Assembly: GCF_964355755.1 (NCBI RefSeq)
Contig: NC_092676.1
Location: forward strand, 15,394,871 to 15,458,870
Direction: 5' to 3'
From: Antedon mediterranea
Lineage: Eukaryota; Animalia; Echinodermata
DNA length: 64,000 bases
Of the stretch, positions 40,001 through 52,688 are shown piece after piece (position 1 is the first letter of the stretch; every line of letters starts with the position of its first letter). The position numbers were made by a program, and so were the translations under genes. The notes beneath the pieces were generated by a model, which was not told where the DNA came from, ran no database searches, and saw only the letters and a program-made list of their open reading frames with translations.

Positions 40001-43000
40001 GTAAGATCCCTCTGAGAAAGGCATAGGTCGTAAGATCAATAAGATGTCATCCAAGTAAATTACCACCTTTAGCCCCAGTGAGCGTAGATGACTCGCCACC
40101 GGCTTCAGGAGTTTTTAAAATGTTTTGTTAAAGTAGAGGTGATATCCGAGATCAGAGAATAAGCGCTAGTGAATCGAAGCCGTAGGGAAAGCGTAATATA
40201 AACATCATTTTTTGGGTAAAATGTCAGATTTTACAGTGTAAATCGTGCAAACCTAAAAAAAACCTGCGCAAACCTCTTCCAAATCACTTATTATTGGTTC
40301 TATCATAAAAGTTGGCTTTTTTTTGGGCAACAAATATTTTTTTGGTAAAAAAACCCTGCGCAAACCTCGTTGGTTGAAAAAATATCAATTCTGGATTTAC
40401 AAAACATTTCAACAAAAGAAGACAATTTATTTTTCAAACAATAATACTTTTTTTGTATGCATTTTTTCTCAATTATTTACAAGTAGGGTTCTTTATAACA
40501 TTCCATTTGAAAAATAAAAAAATAATAATAATTTACAATGCTCTTTTTCCTTTTTCTTTTTGTCTGGTTTTTTAGCCCTTTTTAAATTATTTTGTCCCTT
40601 TTTCATGCCACTATAGTACATGGTGGATTGGTTGTTGACAACTATCCATTTGTGGAGATGGTAACATTTTCCTTCTTAATTTTTGGCATGAAAAGAGAAA
40701 ATTTATCATAGTATACATTTCTTTCTTCTTCACTCATTGAAGTCCACATAGTCCACTGATCTAGTATAAATTTCTTGAAATCATTTGACAGTTTATACCC
40801 TCCCATATTAACAAATGACATTTTCACATCTTTAAATTGCCCCTTAACTAACTTTTCCAACATGATAATTAAATCCGACAGTTTCTTTTGTTTCCAATCT
40901 GCAACGGCTTTTATAAAGTGATTCATTGTTATTGTTGGTCCAACTGCCTATTAATTCTGTGTGTTTCCTTTTCCTTTAATTTCGGAAACATCTTATTCAA
41001 GTAATGTAGTGCATCTGGTGCAATGACAAATTCACGTAATAAGTTTTCTGTAATAGTAAACGATGCTTCTGACTTTGTATCGAGCAATTTTACAACTTTT
41101 TTATGTATGGAAGTTCTAACATTCCTTGGAACTCCAACTTTGTTGGTGAAATAATTGGACAAGTTTTCAAGAATATCCTTTCTGCATAGTGCATGTTTAC
41201 AATGAAATGTGTCTATAAATGCTTTGTGCATAGCTAGTTCATCATCTGTACCAACTATTAAATTACTAAAATCCTTAACACCATTATTAATTAAATTATA
41301 CTTTAAGAAATTATAAAATTCTGAAAATGCTAATTGATCACTCTTATGGTGGAGTAACTCCAGGCCAAAAGAGACTGGATGGTCATTGTCCATTTTAGTA
41401 AGAGTTTAGGTTTTTGTATACCATTAGAGTGAGATAAGTTTTGCCTAAATTAAATGTTTTATCGATACCTAATACTGTTTTCCCTGAACAACAAAACCTT
41501 TTAATGTCATTAATTTGGTCTTTCGAAAAGTATAAATGCAGGTGCTTGCCCTTTTATGAATACTGCCTTTTGAAGGAATTCACTGTCCGACAACATGTTC
41601 AAGACTTCTAAAATCCTGTCGGCATAATTTTGGCTGTATGATTTATAACGGCAACATTTGTTGTTCCTTTTATGTTTAGGTTATATATTTGCTTTCGATT
41701 CCTAAGGTGATCTTGTGCATCTTTTAAAATGTGCTTCGGGATCTGTCCTTACATAAGATTGATTGTATTTGGAGTTTCCGTGTGGTTCAGTTACGTTCAG
41801 TACTCCTCTATATTCATGTAGAGTTACATATTTTCCATTTATTGTGTCATCGGTGTACGTAATTTTCCGTTCATAATCAGTGTCGCACTTCTTAGAATAA
41901 TATCGATGGACATTAATAGTTATAGCATTACCTTCCACAACTAACTCAGTGTACTCTTAAACTTTACTCTTTCTCTTGGTTTTTTTGTAAAATCTCCCAT
42001 CATCTATCTTGTCAACTAAAGTTAAACTATTACTATTATTTACAAAATATGTATGTTTCACCTTTGAATTCCGTTTCCAGGCACCACAATCATCGTTAAA
42101 CACATTGTTTCCATTCGTTTTCTTAAAACAACACAATTATTCTTTCCTTTAGGCACAGCTTGTAATGGGATTGAAGAATTTATTTCCTCCCAAATGTTCT
42201 CGATACTTAAAAATACACAGTTTTGTAGTTCTTTTAAATTGCCTTTGAGTGGTCTTCACTACTATTACTATTATCATAGGTAACATCCTGATGACCCTCA
42301 TTGTAGCTTTCGTCATTGGTAAAATGAGATGTGGCCCTGCCAACACCTAAATCAACATCATCTAATTGAAATTGTACATTATTTACATCAAGGTTATTCA
42401 TTTGAAACTCTCTTAGATACTGAGGCTTGATCAATTTTAAGGCAATTTCCCTTATACAACACTGCTGGAATACTAGGTTGAAGGCATCATAAATAGGACT
42501 CACAGAGCTCAGAAAAGTGGCATATACTTTCATCATTGGGTCGCAAAGACGATCATAAATAGTTCTTCCTTTCTGGTTTTCTGCTCTGAAACCAAAGTAT
42601 GATTTCAAGGCATCCCATTGTAACAATTTTTTAATGATTTACCAAGTGACAGCCACCTAGTTCGGCAGTGCTTTATTACCCTCTGCAACATTACAGAAGT
42701 CCTGGAATTCTTTTAGCTCCTCTCTTCTCATGCTGCTTTTTTCAAAGTAGTAATAAATGTCAATTATAAGCCATTCCGGATTGTAGCTTAACTCCTTGTA
42801 GGCTGTCTTTGCACAGATGTTAACGAGATGATTAGGGCACCCAACACTATAAATCTGTGGAGCTTGCTCTTTAACTTTTGTCAACACACTTGATCATTTT
42901 CCAATCATAACATTACAGTTATCAGATGAAAATCCGACAGCATTATCTCATAAAATGTTAGCATTCTTTAAAGATGTGTCAACAACATCAAAAATAGATT

Positions 43001-46000
43001 GTGCTGTTGCTATGTTGCATACTGGCAAATCAATGAATCCAACACACACTTTTCCAGCTTCATTCATGTAGCGTACCAATACAGCACTTTCCTTTTCGCA
43101 TATATCATTCAACTCATCTAGCATCAGGGTAAATGGCTGTCCATGGTCTCGGAGACATGTCAACAACATCTTTGATGCCTCTGGCTCTAAAGAAATAAAA
43201 ATTAAAAAAATAAGTTTAATACAACATTTAAATCATTCCAATCATTAATTACCCATGTTCAAAAAAATGTATAAATATTTAATCTACATACATAATCTAC
43301 CCCTTAATTCCGGAATAAATCGGCCTTTCTTTGAAACTTCTCTGACCTATCCACATCCTCTAAAAATTTAGGAACCCAAACATTATTAAAATATTCTAGG
43401 GTACGTATAAGCGACAAGAAACTCTTGGAATCCAAATATTTAAATGCTCGATGAATAATACCCAATTTCTTGTTTGCAGAAGATATGGGACACATGAGAC
43501 CTGAAACACAGCTTATCAGCAATTATAACACCCAGATCTTTCAGCTCTCTTACTGTTTCCAGTTCAATTCTCTGTTCACCTCAGCCCCCCCCCCCCAACC
43601 CCCCCGATACAATATTTAAATTTCTGGTTAATGTACCAAAATGCATATCTTACATTTCGACAACTGCCATTATACAATGAATCAATGTCATTCTGAAATT
43701 TAATCTTGTCATCTATATTATTAATACTTCAATACATTTTTGTGTCATCCGTAGATGGATGTCATTTATAAATATCGGAAATAAAATAGGGCCCAATACA
43801 CTCCCTTGAGGAACTCCGCTAACTGCATCTTTCTACTTGATTCCTTCTACTGATACTTTTTTTTTGTTTCCTTCCAACCAAAAAAGATCTAATCCAACTT
43901 AATAATTTGTCTTCAATTCCATCAAATTCAAATTTATTCAATAAACGAGAATGAGTGACCTTATCAAATGCCTTTTTTTAAATCTAGATACAGACAATCA
44001 AAACAATCCTGGAAATCCAAAAGAATTCTGCATTGAGAAATGAGGCCTACACACATGTTTTAAAAGTTCTGGTTTTTATGTAACAATGAAACTGTGAAAA
44101 ACAAACTATTCGGAGGAATGGCTGGTGAACCATCAGAGATCACCATTCCTACTTTTTTCAAGAGAAATGTTTAGCTCAACATTGTTTTTTTTTTCATTAT
44201 TTTTGTGCTATTGTTTTTGGCATCAACCTTGTGTTGATTCTAATAAAGACATTTTACTGGGCAGTCGTGTCCCTTTTACGATTCTCAATTTTGTCTTTAG
44301 CACAAACAGGTCTGCTTTCCACCTTCAATGCTGTTTTCTGCATCCATAAAACCATTATCAATTTTATTTTTGATATCTTTGATACTTGTTTTGAAGCCAT
44401 TTTCTGGAGAGAGAAAAAAAAGGTGTAGTATGGTGTACTTATTTTGATTGGAATCTTTTAAATATTAAAATCTAGTACAAAATGTTGAATTTTAAACAAT
44501 TAAATAGAGACTCGAAACTGAGGGAATTCCAAAAACATTATTAAAATTGGATATTAAAATTGAAATCCCAAAGGATGACTGTTGGGAGAGGCAATATCAA
44601 AAGCAGTGACTCCATATAAGGATGAGGAAATCTGGTAGTGGAAGTAGATGGGCTTCTGTATAAAGTACAAACTACCAGGCGGCCTGTGTCCTTATTCAGG
44701 ATCACAATCTTGGAATCGTTAGTGTCAGAGTGAATGACTTTGATGACTTTTCCTACACCACCAGGTCCACGCAGAAACAACCTATAAGGCTTAGGTTTTC
44801 CTCTATTGTTTAATGCTGAAACTGCACTTTTATACCATTTTCTGTGATAAAGAACCACCACAAAATACAGTACTTGTTTTTCAACCATATTAAATACTGT
44901 ATACAACAATACAACACACGCATCAACCAAAGTTTCAAATGGTGTGCCCATTACAATTAAGTCAACACTTGCCATCATAATACAATACAATGATTAAAGG
45001 TGTTTTCTCAACAACAGAGAAGACCATACTAGTTAACTTTAAGCTAATCTATAATAATGACAACCGTTCTGCCCGCACCGTTGTACCTATACCATTACGG
45101 TCCAATATCGGCAACAACACAAGGTTGTACTCGAAGTACACTAACTAAAATTTAGAAATAAATGTAGCCATACAATACGACTCCTCATGCATTGTTGCAT
45201 ACTAAATACACTGCAGCTGAATTAAACATTGTAAAGTAAACAAGTTTGACACGCCAATCACGCATTTAGTATAACCATTGGCTTTAGATTATTTAACAAT
45301 TGCAGTTCATAGCGATTACCTACATCATGACCGTTGCTTGTATTTTCTGCCCTTTGAAGTAAGTCAAATATCTTCATGATCATCATCTAAACTTTCAAAC
45401 TGGGTGAGCATTTTTCAAAATCACAGCTCTGCTTTCTTTAGACATGTATAAATACTAAATTTCTGCTAACTTTTTCATTGGCATTGACAATAATCTGTAA
45501 ACAGATTCTTGAGCACTACCTGTAACTTCACAGTGATTCAGAAACACTGAACCAACCTTTCTTAACACAGATTTCACCTCTTTATCTTGGTGTTCTTTGC
45601 ATGCTTCTTTTAGCAGTTCTCCCATGCCCTTTTCATTTTTACTCACGTTGAAAGCTACATACACTACACAAGCAAGGCATCTAGAATGAACACAGTAGGG
45701 TTGTATGTATTTGCTCTTTCCATAATGTTGTTTGTACCTTTCTGTGATTTGAACTTCATCCGTGTTTGCTGTTTCACACAACTTAAACAGTGAACTATCA
45801 ACTATCAACATCTGTGTTCTCATCCATCATAACATTAAGTACAGCACCAAGCACATTTTTAGCAGCCTGTTTTTTTTGTTGCTCTGCCAAGTTTGTCATT
45901 AGGTTCTCAGGCTAAAAGTAGTGAAATCTACTAGATTCTTTCTTTTTGGTTATCCGCAACTTTAAGTTGCGGATAACCCTTGTGATTGTAAATATCTTTT

Positions 46001-49000
46001 TCTTCATCATCTTCTTTGTTATTCTTCTTTCTTTCCCGGATTTTTGTGACCAGCATATCTCTATTGCTTGTGAACATAACTTTGTATAACTTTGTCAAAA
46101 GATTGACCTGTAGCTGTAGATGTGCAAGAAACTTCGTTATATGACGTTAGAGTCGCGCAGCGTGAGTTACGCGCGATTTTATGAATTTAAATGGTTGCGA
46201 TCATAGATTATAAACCAAAAGTCATTATATATTGACACTTTGTGAAAATTTAAGTTAAATTAAGGGCAAACTTTCTATGGATTAAAAATGACATGTTTCA
46301 CAAGAAGTTACGCGCGCACGCGCATTTAAAATTTAAAAATGCGCAAAATTAATTTCTAATTAACTTTCTACGCTGATCATGACATTTTGCGCATGTCAAA
46401 AATTCCCACGCGCGCGAAAAAAATTACGCGTAAGGTGCGCACGGAGCACGAAAATCATGTGTTTTCTCTTGAATTATGATTTGACAGTCTTTCCTAGTTA
46501 TTTTAAAAAAGATTGACATCATTTCAAATTAAAATGACGTCATACGAACACGTTGATTTACACCATTTGCGCGCGTTTTAGTTGCAAAAGTGACAACATA
46601 ATGTCAAAATTAAGCCTATTTTTAATCTATTATAGCTCCTCAGGATCAACCGTTACCCCCAATTTTTTTAATTTAATATGTAAGCAGATATGTTGTAGAT
46701 ATGAATTCATGCAGAATCTTTACCACTCGGATGTTATGACGTCATCGTATGGCCACACGAATGTAAAATATTGGATTTTTTACTGTTTCGCTATTGCTCA
46801 TCACATTCAACAAAGCGCATCTCGCTTATACGTATTCCATTTCCCCCGAAATTGTAATATTGTCTACGTCAATCAACTATCTTTCGCATGAATTAAAAAT
46901 ATTTTAATTTTTATGACGTCATCATGTCTAAAAACGTAAATAACTTGGGTCACTTATTTTCATCTTTACAGTAAATTTCAATCTGTTATAGCTCGTCAGA
47001 TTAAAAAGTGATAATCATGATTAAAACGTTTTCTGGAAGCTATTGGATTGTAGATACGAATTGATGTGAATATTTTGCCAATCAGATGTTGTGACGTCAT
47101 CATATGGCCAGTTGAATTCAAAAAGTCATATTTTCATCTCTTGCGTCAAAGTTCATTGCGTTTAAACGAGAGCGCATCTCACTTTTACGTTCCCAAAATT
47201 CTTCAAATTTGTTTTAATGTAATTATTTAGATAATTATCTTCTAAAATGGTTATCTTTATATGTCAATTTGATGATGTCATCGTGTTAATAATTGGATTT
47301 AAAAGATGGGTCTCGTAATTTCGTCTATGCTACACTGTATATAACATATATACAGTTTATTCTGTAAAATACTGTAATATGGTGTATGCTACATAATAGG
47401 TACAATTCAGCACTGTAAACATATTTATTTCATGTCAAAGGATGGCATAATAATTGTCGAGGTTCATATAGTTTAAAGTATGTGCATGTTGCGTATGCGC
47501 GGATAACCCGAACTCGTCAAAGTGACGAGTTCAAATCTAGTTTCACATTCGTTTGTAATTTGACCAGTTTTTTGTCAGTTGTTTCCTTACTTCAGGATCT
47601 CGGCCACTACTGATATTTTGGTCCATGTCAAAGTCCATGTTTAAAAAATACAGAGGGCGTGCTATTTAATATCTCGTATGGAAGATACAAGAAAGTCATA
47701 TTTTAATATAATAAGCTTTTGTGACGTGACCAATATCAATTTTCGAAAGAAAGTTGATTCGAGCCAGTTGAATACCATTATAGCTGAGCTCGCGAGCAGG
47801 CCTGCTTGAAATCTAAGTCGTGCAGCAACTGATCTCTGTACTGGGCTACGACCAACCAATCATCAAGGTAGCGCCCGAATGGCCCGAGTAGTAGAGCGAC
47901 AAATTGGTAGAGTTGATTGTTGATGCAGAAGTGCAGCCACTGCTGATCGACATTGATGGGTATGTGGAAGTATGCATCCTTCAGATCTATCGAGGCTGTC
48001 TAGTCTACTTGTCGCAGGCCAAGCAGAATTGAGGAGAGTGTCTCCATTCTGAATTTTGATGGCTGAATGTAGCGCTTGTTCAGACTCCTTAAGTTTAAGA
48101 TCTGTCGCCCTCCGCTGGAATCGATAGCCCTCCTGAACGGTCGCGCAAACACTTCCGAATGTGTGGAATCGACCCCACACCTGTCCACTCTCGCTGCTGG
48201 GAGTGGACCACCTTCTTGCATCAATGATGCCGCATGTATCGTCGTTGATTACAACGATGGCCCCTCGATTCCCCACAGCGGGTGAGGTAAGCGCAAAAGG
48301 GCTGAGAAGTTGATGTACATGTAGCCTGCACCACAGGTCGAGGTGGTATGTTTTGTTGGTGCAGAAGACGCACCAGATCTTCAGCTTCTTCAGCCAAATA
48401 ATAAGAGCATTTATTGTGCGCTGCACCGCCAACAGCTCGCAAAAAGCAGGGCCTCACTGGGAGACCAGAGACCGGAAGCGTGTCGAATATCCGAATGCCC
48501 TTTGGAGGCATCTGTAGTTTTTCAAACCGTCATCTATGTCTCGGTTTCATCATCCTCCATATATCGAGGTTCCTCTCATTCCCGGGCTCATTTGTCCTCC
48601 TGCTAGGAGAACGTGCCGAAGAAAAGGTCCGTGGACCTAAACGCATCCACCATAGTGAATTGATTGTGGTGGCCAGGCACGATGTCTGTCTCCTGCAGCA
48701 GATTATTTCGGAGTGCTGCGCCAGCACTCGTTTGTATTCCAGGAGCAGTGTACCTTCCTTTTACGCCAAGCGTGTTAGTACCGCGGGTACAACCCGGGTT
48801 AACCAGCGCCTGTAAACCTGGTGTCACCGAACTGTCATTGATGTCCGAGTTTCATCATCCTCCATATCGATGTCCTCCGGATCCGGCGCTGCGGAAAGAA
48901 GAACCAGAGGAGGAGACTGCACAAAGGCAGCGCTCACACAGTAGCCACAACCACTTGCAGAGAAGCGGGAGACAGAGCAAACGGATTCTCGACTGGAGCC

Positions 49001-51514
49001 ATGACTCTGGAAGCGTTGGAGTTGGAGGAATAATACCGGGACTGGGGGAAACGACGGTGTCTCAACGCGAAACTCGGGCCTAGGCGAGGTGGAATTAGCT
49101 GACTTATCAGTGTGTGCCGGCAGTGAGGCAAAACACGCCGGAGACTACCTTTAAACGCTGCAGGTTTAAACACTTTGTGTGCTTCTCCCACTTGATCGTG
49201 GCACAGGGCTACTCCCACAGCTAGCGCAAGCCATTTTGGGCATCCCGACGAACCACACACAACCCAAAGCAAACCACCAAGAAAACTCGCCACCGGAAAC
49301 GCAGATCACGGGCTAAAAAACTTTCTCTAGATATGTGATACTTAGCTTCATTGAAAAACATGGTTTCTGGTGAACAGCTTTGCTTTAATCTCTAGCAATA
49401 GCTTCTCACACAATCAAAACACAATGTTGTGCTTAGCTCAATACTATTGTTCTCTCTCTAAACGAAACGTTAATATTTTTTTTTTTTACCATATTTACTG
49501 CGGATGATCCATCCAGCAACTGCTGATAATTAGGGACCCTCAGAGGTTCACAAGACAAACATATACACAAGATGCTCTACATAAACAAAGTCTTATTACA
49601 AGTCTTTGGTAGTGGAGTTGTAATTTTGTCCTTAGAAAAATCCTGACATGTGAAAGGACTTGAACCCAGGACCCTTGGAGTGGTAGCCTGTCTTGAAAGG
49701 GAGTTCAAGAAAAAAAATGACTTTTCGGGTTATGTTCTCCCCTTGAAGGGGAAAAATCCTATGTCGGTTTATCCAGATAAGCTAGACACGTAATAGACTG
49801 TATAATATTGTTTATTTTAATAGTTGTATTATGTAGATCCAACAGATGAAAAAAGCTGGCCAGGTATAGAAGATATGAAAGAGAAACTAAAGGTATATTA
49901 AACAAATAGTGACTAATAATTACTAGTAAATTATATTAGTGTACATCAAATTTAATTTGATTGTGTTTATAGAGTTTACTGTAATTCAGGGGTGGTCGCA
50001 GAACTATTTTAAAAGGGTGAGGGAGGGGGTTGCCCACAAGTTCAGGACCAGCCGTAGATAAAGAATTTTTGCAAATTTTGTTAAATGACACCCCAAGATG
50101 ACAGGGAATAGTACTCATAGCACGTAAAATTCATGATAAATGGCACCTTTAGTTCGCCGGAAATGACAATGATGAGATAAATAGGGTGCTTGGAAATACT
50201 TAAATGATGGGGAATCTTCGGCAAAATTAAATAATTATGGACAAATCAACGACCCATATGATGGGACTTTCCATGAACAGTGTGTAGTGGACTTTCGTAC
50301 CTTCTCAGGATGCACACAAGCAATCCAAACAGCCATTGTGAGCATGTTCAGAAATATATCCACACAAAAAAATACACTGACAGCCAGCGGTAAATTGTGC
50401 GCGGTATTGTAATGCTGGTTTATTTTACACTGCCGTCTGTCCAATTTACATAGGCTCTTCCAAAACTGGACATCTATAACGTTAATGGTTATTATATATG
50501 ATAAAATGGGATGTAAATTTTAATTTAGTGACAGAAACATTTAGCATGAAATTACTTGGGTGTTTCCCGGGCAACTGGGGCAGCCCCCCCCCCCCCCCCC
50601 TGCGTCTGCCCCTGTAATTCATAGAATAAGATTACAACCACTGGGATACAAAAGTACTTGATTTGAAGACAAATTAAACTGATTACAATTACTATAGTGT
50701 TTGTTTGCATTTGCTTTTATTTTCAATATACCATTCAATGCTTCACTTCAGTTAAACTGTAGTTTTCAAATTAACATTTTCTTTTTCAAACGGTAGTCAT
50801 GGAAATGGGTTTTTGGCAAGTCACCTCGTTTTAGTGTTGAGAGATGTGAAGGTGAGGTGTCTGTTGTAATTCACACGTATCAAGGAAGGATTGAAAGAAT
50901 AGACATCAATACACCACCTGATGCAGTTGATGCAAATGATACAGAAGAACTTGTAACAATTCTGACAGGTATTTTTGTATAAACCTATTGTAACATGTAC
51001 AGTACTAGCTAGCCTACACATTATGTAGGTTCAGTATGTAGTTAAATGCATTACTTTTTAAATGATACATCAAAACTGTTGTTTTTTCGCTTCATGAAAA
51101 GGACAGTCTAAAAACTGTAACTAAAATTTGTCAGGATCCCGATCATCCTCTAAATAAATTAAAAATAAATAGCAACATTGTACAACAAATTCTCTCTTCT
51201 TGTGGTAAATTGTGTGATTCTGCTTACCCTCAACAATGATAAATTGCCATGTTTTATACAGGTTACTGTAATTACTTTACACAGTAAAACCATGCTATTT
51301 AATATCCATAACTTTCTTGTTAAAAACAATAGCTATATTAAGCAATATGTTTCTGTTACATATGATTTATTTTCTTCATTTTTCAGGTATTCGTTTTTGG
51401 TCATCTGACATTTTAGAGGCTTTGAATTCTTTTTTAAATACAAGAACCTTTACAAGAGAGAACCAAGAAACCTGGAAAACTATTGAACATTTAATAATGT
51501 CAACTGCCATCTGA
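34010..51514 (+). CDS. LIPT1: Mitochondrial lipoyltransferase 1. Exons: 34010-34093, 34447-34505, 34893-35067, 35806-35964, 36530-36637, 37238-37384, 49824-49892, 50797-50968, 51387-51514
   Basis: Motifs [121 protein letters not shown]. The N-terminus is basic and presequence-like. An in-frame ATG at 33983 is an alternative start. One intron is AT-AC. Confidence 0.93.
35135..35334 (-). mobile_element. Deleted, inverted copy of the Kolobok-like element at 31976
   Basis: Shares GAGAAACAATGCACTAC, CCGTTGATACAAAT and TTAAATTAGATCTAAAAAACGTAG (reverse complement of segments of 31976-32608) and ends in TTAA. Confidence 0.7.
35965..36529 (+). other. U12-type (minor spliceosome) AT-AC intron in LIPT1
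   Basis: Donor ATATCCTTT at 35965, branch-site-like TACCTTAAT at 36512-36520, terminal AC at 36528-36529. Removing it joins ..FYK|ISGTSAK.., the conserved lipoyltransferase KISG motif. I found no GT-AG pair that does this. Confidence 0.9.
37065..37213. mobile_element. MITE of the same family as 20376-20516, immediately upstream of LIPT1 exon 6
   Basis: CTATCAAACTAG..(GTGATATTCCCAAATATGGTA)n..TGTCACATAAAGTTTGATTGTGTAGACAGAG. Confidence 0.7.
37661..40200 (-). mobile_element. DIRS-type tyrosine-recombinase retrotransposon, internally deleted and frameshifted (partial RT, RNase H, methyltransferase-like domain, YR)
   Basis: RT: [21 protein letters not shown]. RNase H: [31 protein letters not shown]-like: [16 protein letters not shown]: [49 protein letters not shown]. 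Imperfect ITR at 37699-37738 versus 40161-40200, and a terminal hairpin AATTATAC..GTATAATT at about 37662-37693. Confidence 0.92.
40540..42200 (-). mobile_element. Mutator/MULE transposase pseudogene
   Basis: [60 protein letters not shown] correspond to the MULE DDE core. Multiple stops and frameshifts. Confidence 0.75.
42234..43190 (-). mobile_element. hAT transposase pseudogene
   Basis: [81 protein letters not shown]. Confidence 0.8.
43310..44030 (-). mobile_element. CR1-group LINE reverse transcriptase fragments
   Basis: [56 protein letters not shown]...VW. Confidence 0.8.
44550..45830 (-). mobile_element. Helentron (Helitron2) Rep/helicase/endonuclease remnants
   Basis: Post-Rep block [44 protein letters not shown]; PIF1 Walker [15 protein letters not shown]; APE-like [14 protein letters not shown]. 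Confidence 0.7.
45943..47543 (+). mobile_element. Non-autonomous Helentron-associated element (HINE/DINE-1-like)
   Basis: 5' T-run, then hairpin GGTTATCCGCAACTT-T-AAGTTGCGGATAACC (45948-45978). 3' subTIR GCGGATAACC (47499-47508), stem-loop GAACTCGTCA-AAG-TGACGAGTTC (47510-47532), then CTAGTTT. Confidence 0.75.
47690..49340 (-). mobile_element. Second, different DIRS-type element remnant (gag-like region, RT N-terminus, YR C-terminus)
   Basis: [51 protein letters not shown] (DIRS RT) runs directly into [19 protein letters not shown] (YR end). GC-rich gag-like region upstream. Boundaries approximate. Confidence 0.75.
49987..50614. mobile_element. Non-autonomous TIR element (CAGGGG...CCCCTG)
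   Basis: TAATT|CAGGGGTGGTCGCAG ... CTGCGTCTGCCCCTG|TAATT, with a poly-C run near the right end. Confidence 0.6.
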
Positions 51515-51619
51515 TAAATATATTTTTCAACAATCAATAGATTAAAATGGAATGCTTAATAGCTATTTAGAGTAAAATGTGCAAGTAGTTTCAAAGCAAT
51601 ATAAGCATCTGATCACATG

Positions 51620-52047
51620 CCATAAATCTTCTAATAGTAACCCACACTCTAATAGTAACCCACCTTATAAGTCAATCTATAAAAATAACCCACTACTCTA
51701 ATAGTAACCCATGGGGGTTACACAAAAACAAAAACTATTGACAAAATGATTGGTCGTTGATACAGCCGTATTTTGAAAATAAGGAGATAATGCATGTTGA
51801 TTATGGGAGTAGGGGAAGCCGGAGTGTTTTGAGTTTATAAAATAAAGTTCGAGTCTAAACAAATGTGTTTATTCGTACTGTTTTATTATTTTGCTATGAG
51901 TTGCTGACTGGAAAAGGGGGGGGGTGGGTTACTATTTTCAGGTGCCTAATTTAAGATTAGTAATAGTAACCAACTACTCTAATAGTAACCCACCCTAAAA
52001 AACAATCAAAGAATAATAACCCAGGGTAACAATTAGAAGATTTACAG
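51620..52047. mobile_element. Tc1/mariner-type MITE between the LIPT1 and SEPSECS stops
   Basis: Imperfect TIRs CCATAAATCTTCTAATAGT / AATTAGAAGATTTACAG|TA, repeated CTAATAGTAACCCA subterminal motifs. Confidence 0.7.
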
Positions 52048-52688
52048 TAATATTAACAAACACAAGAAGTGAAATCATTGGAATAAATAATTGTGGTGAT
52101 TTGATTCTTCACTGGCCTGTGTACAACACAGGGTTGAACGTTTATAGAGGGGTGGTAAAATGTTTCAATATTCATATAAATTCTCCCAAAAACAAATTGT
52201 ACAGAAATTTGTTAGTATTTTAGAATATAAACTATATAATATATTTTTGTTCTAATAGTTTCATGATGAACAATAGATATTATGTTTGTTGCATCCATAA
52301 TATAATTATTTGCATGGGCAAATAGTTAATGGTGATTATAGACTGTCAAAACACTAACCAAATATTAAGTGCCACCAGCGGATATTTTGAGATTCCAGTA
52401 ATTCCATATTCAAGTATATTTATAACATACTCTATGTGCCGAAATGTCAACTGTGTGTAATTGTAGGTTTTCATGGTTGACCATATATGTACAAGTCTCT
52501 TTTATCGGCATGGTCAATAGTGCATCAATTTCATGGTTTTCAATAGAAAATATTAAATTGTATGCATGGTTGATGGAAGAGACTAACAGTGTCAACCATG
52601 TAGAAATTAAGGAATTTTCTTTTGCACAATTTTATACAGTTCATTAAATGCAAATTTTAAAATACTATTACATTTGAGCAATTTACTA

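Noticed and set aside
48076-49083. Several plus-strand ORFs of 69-139 aa
   Set aside because: Shadow ORFs of the GC-rich DIRS remnant on the minus strand.
49640-49695. tRNA-like B box (GGTTCAAGTCC) on the minus strand
   Set aside because: No cloverleaf; most likely a SINE head fragment, not a tRNA gene.
52380-52682. SECIS element in the SEPSECS 3' region
   Set aside because: The minus-strand ATGA candidates lack a correctly spaced AA loop and GA quartet by eye; the CATGGTTGA repeats there do not form a SECIS fold that I can support.
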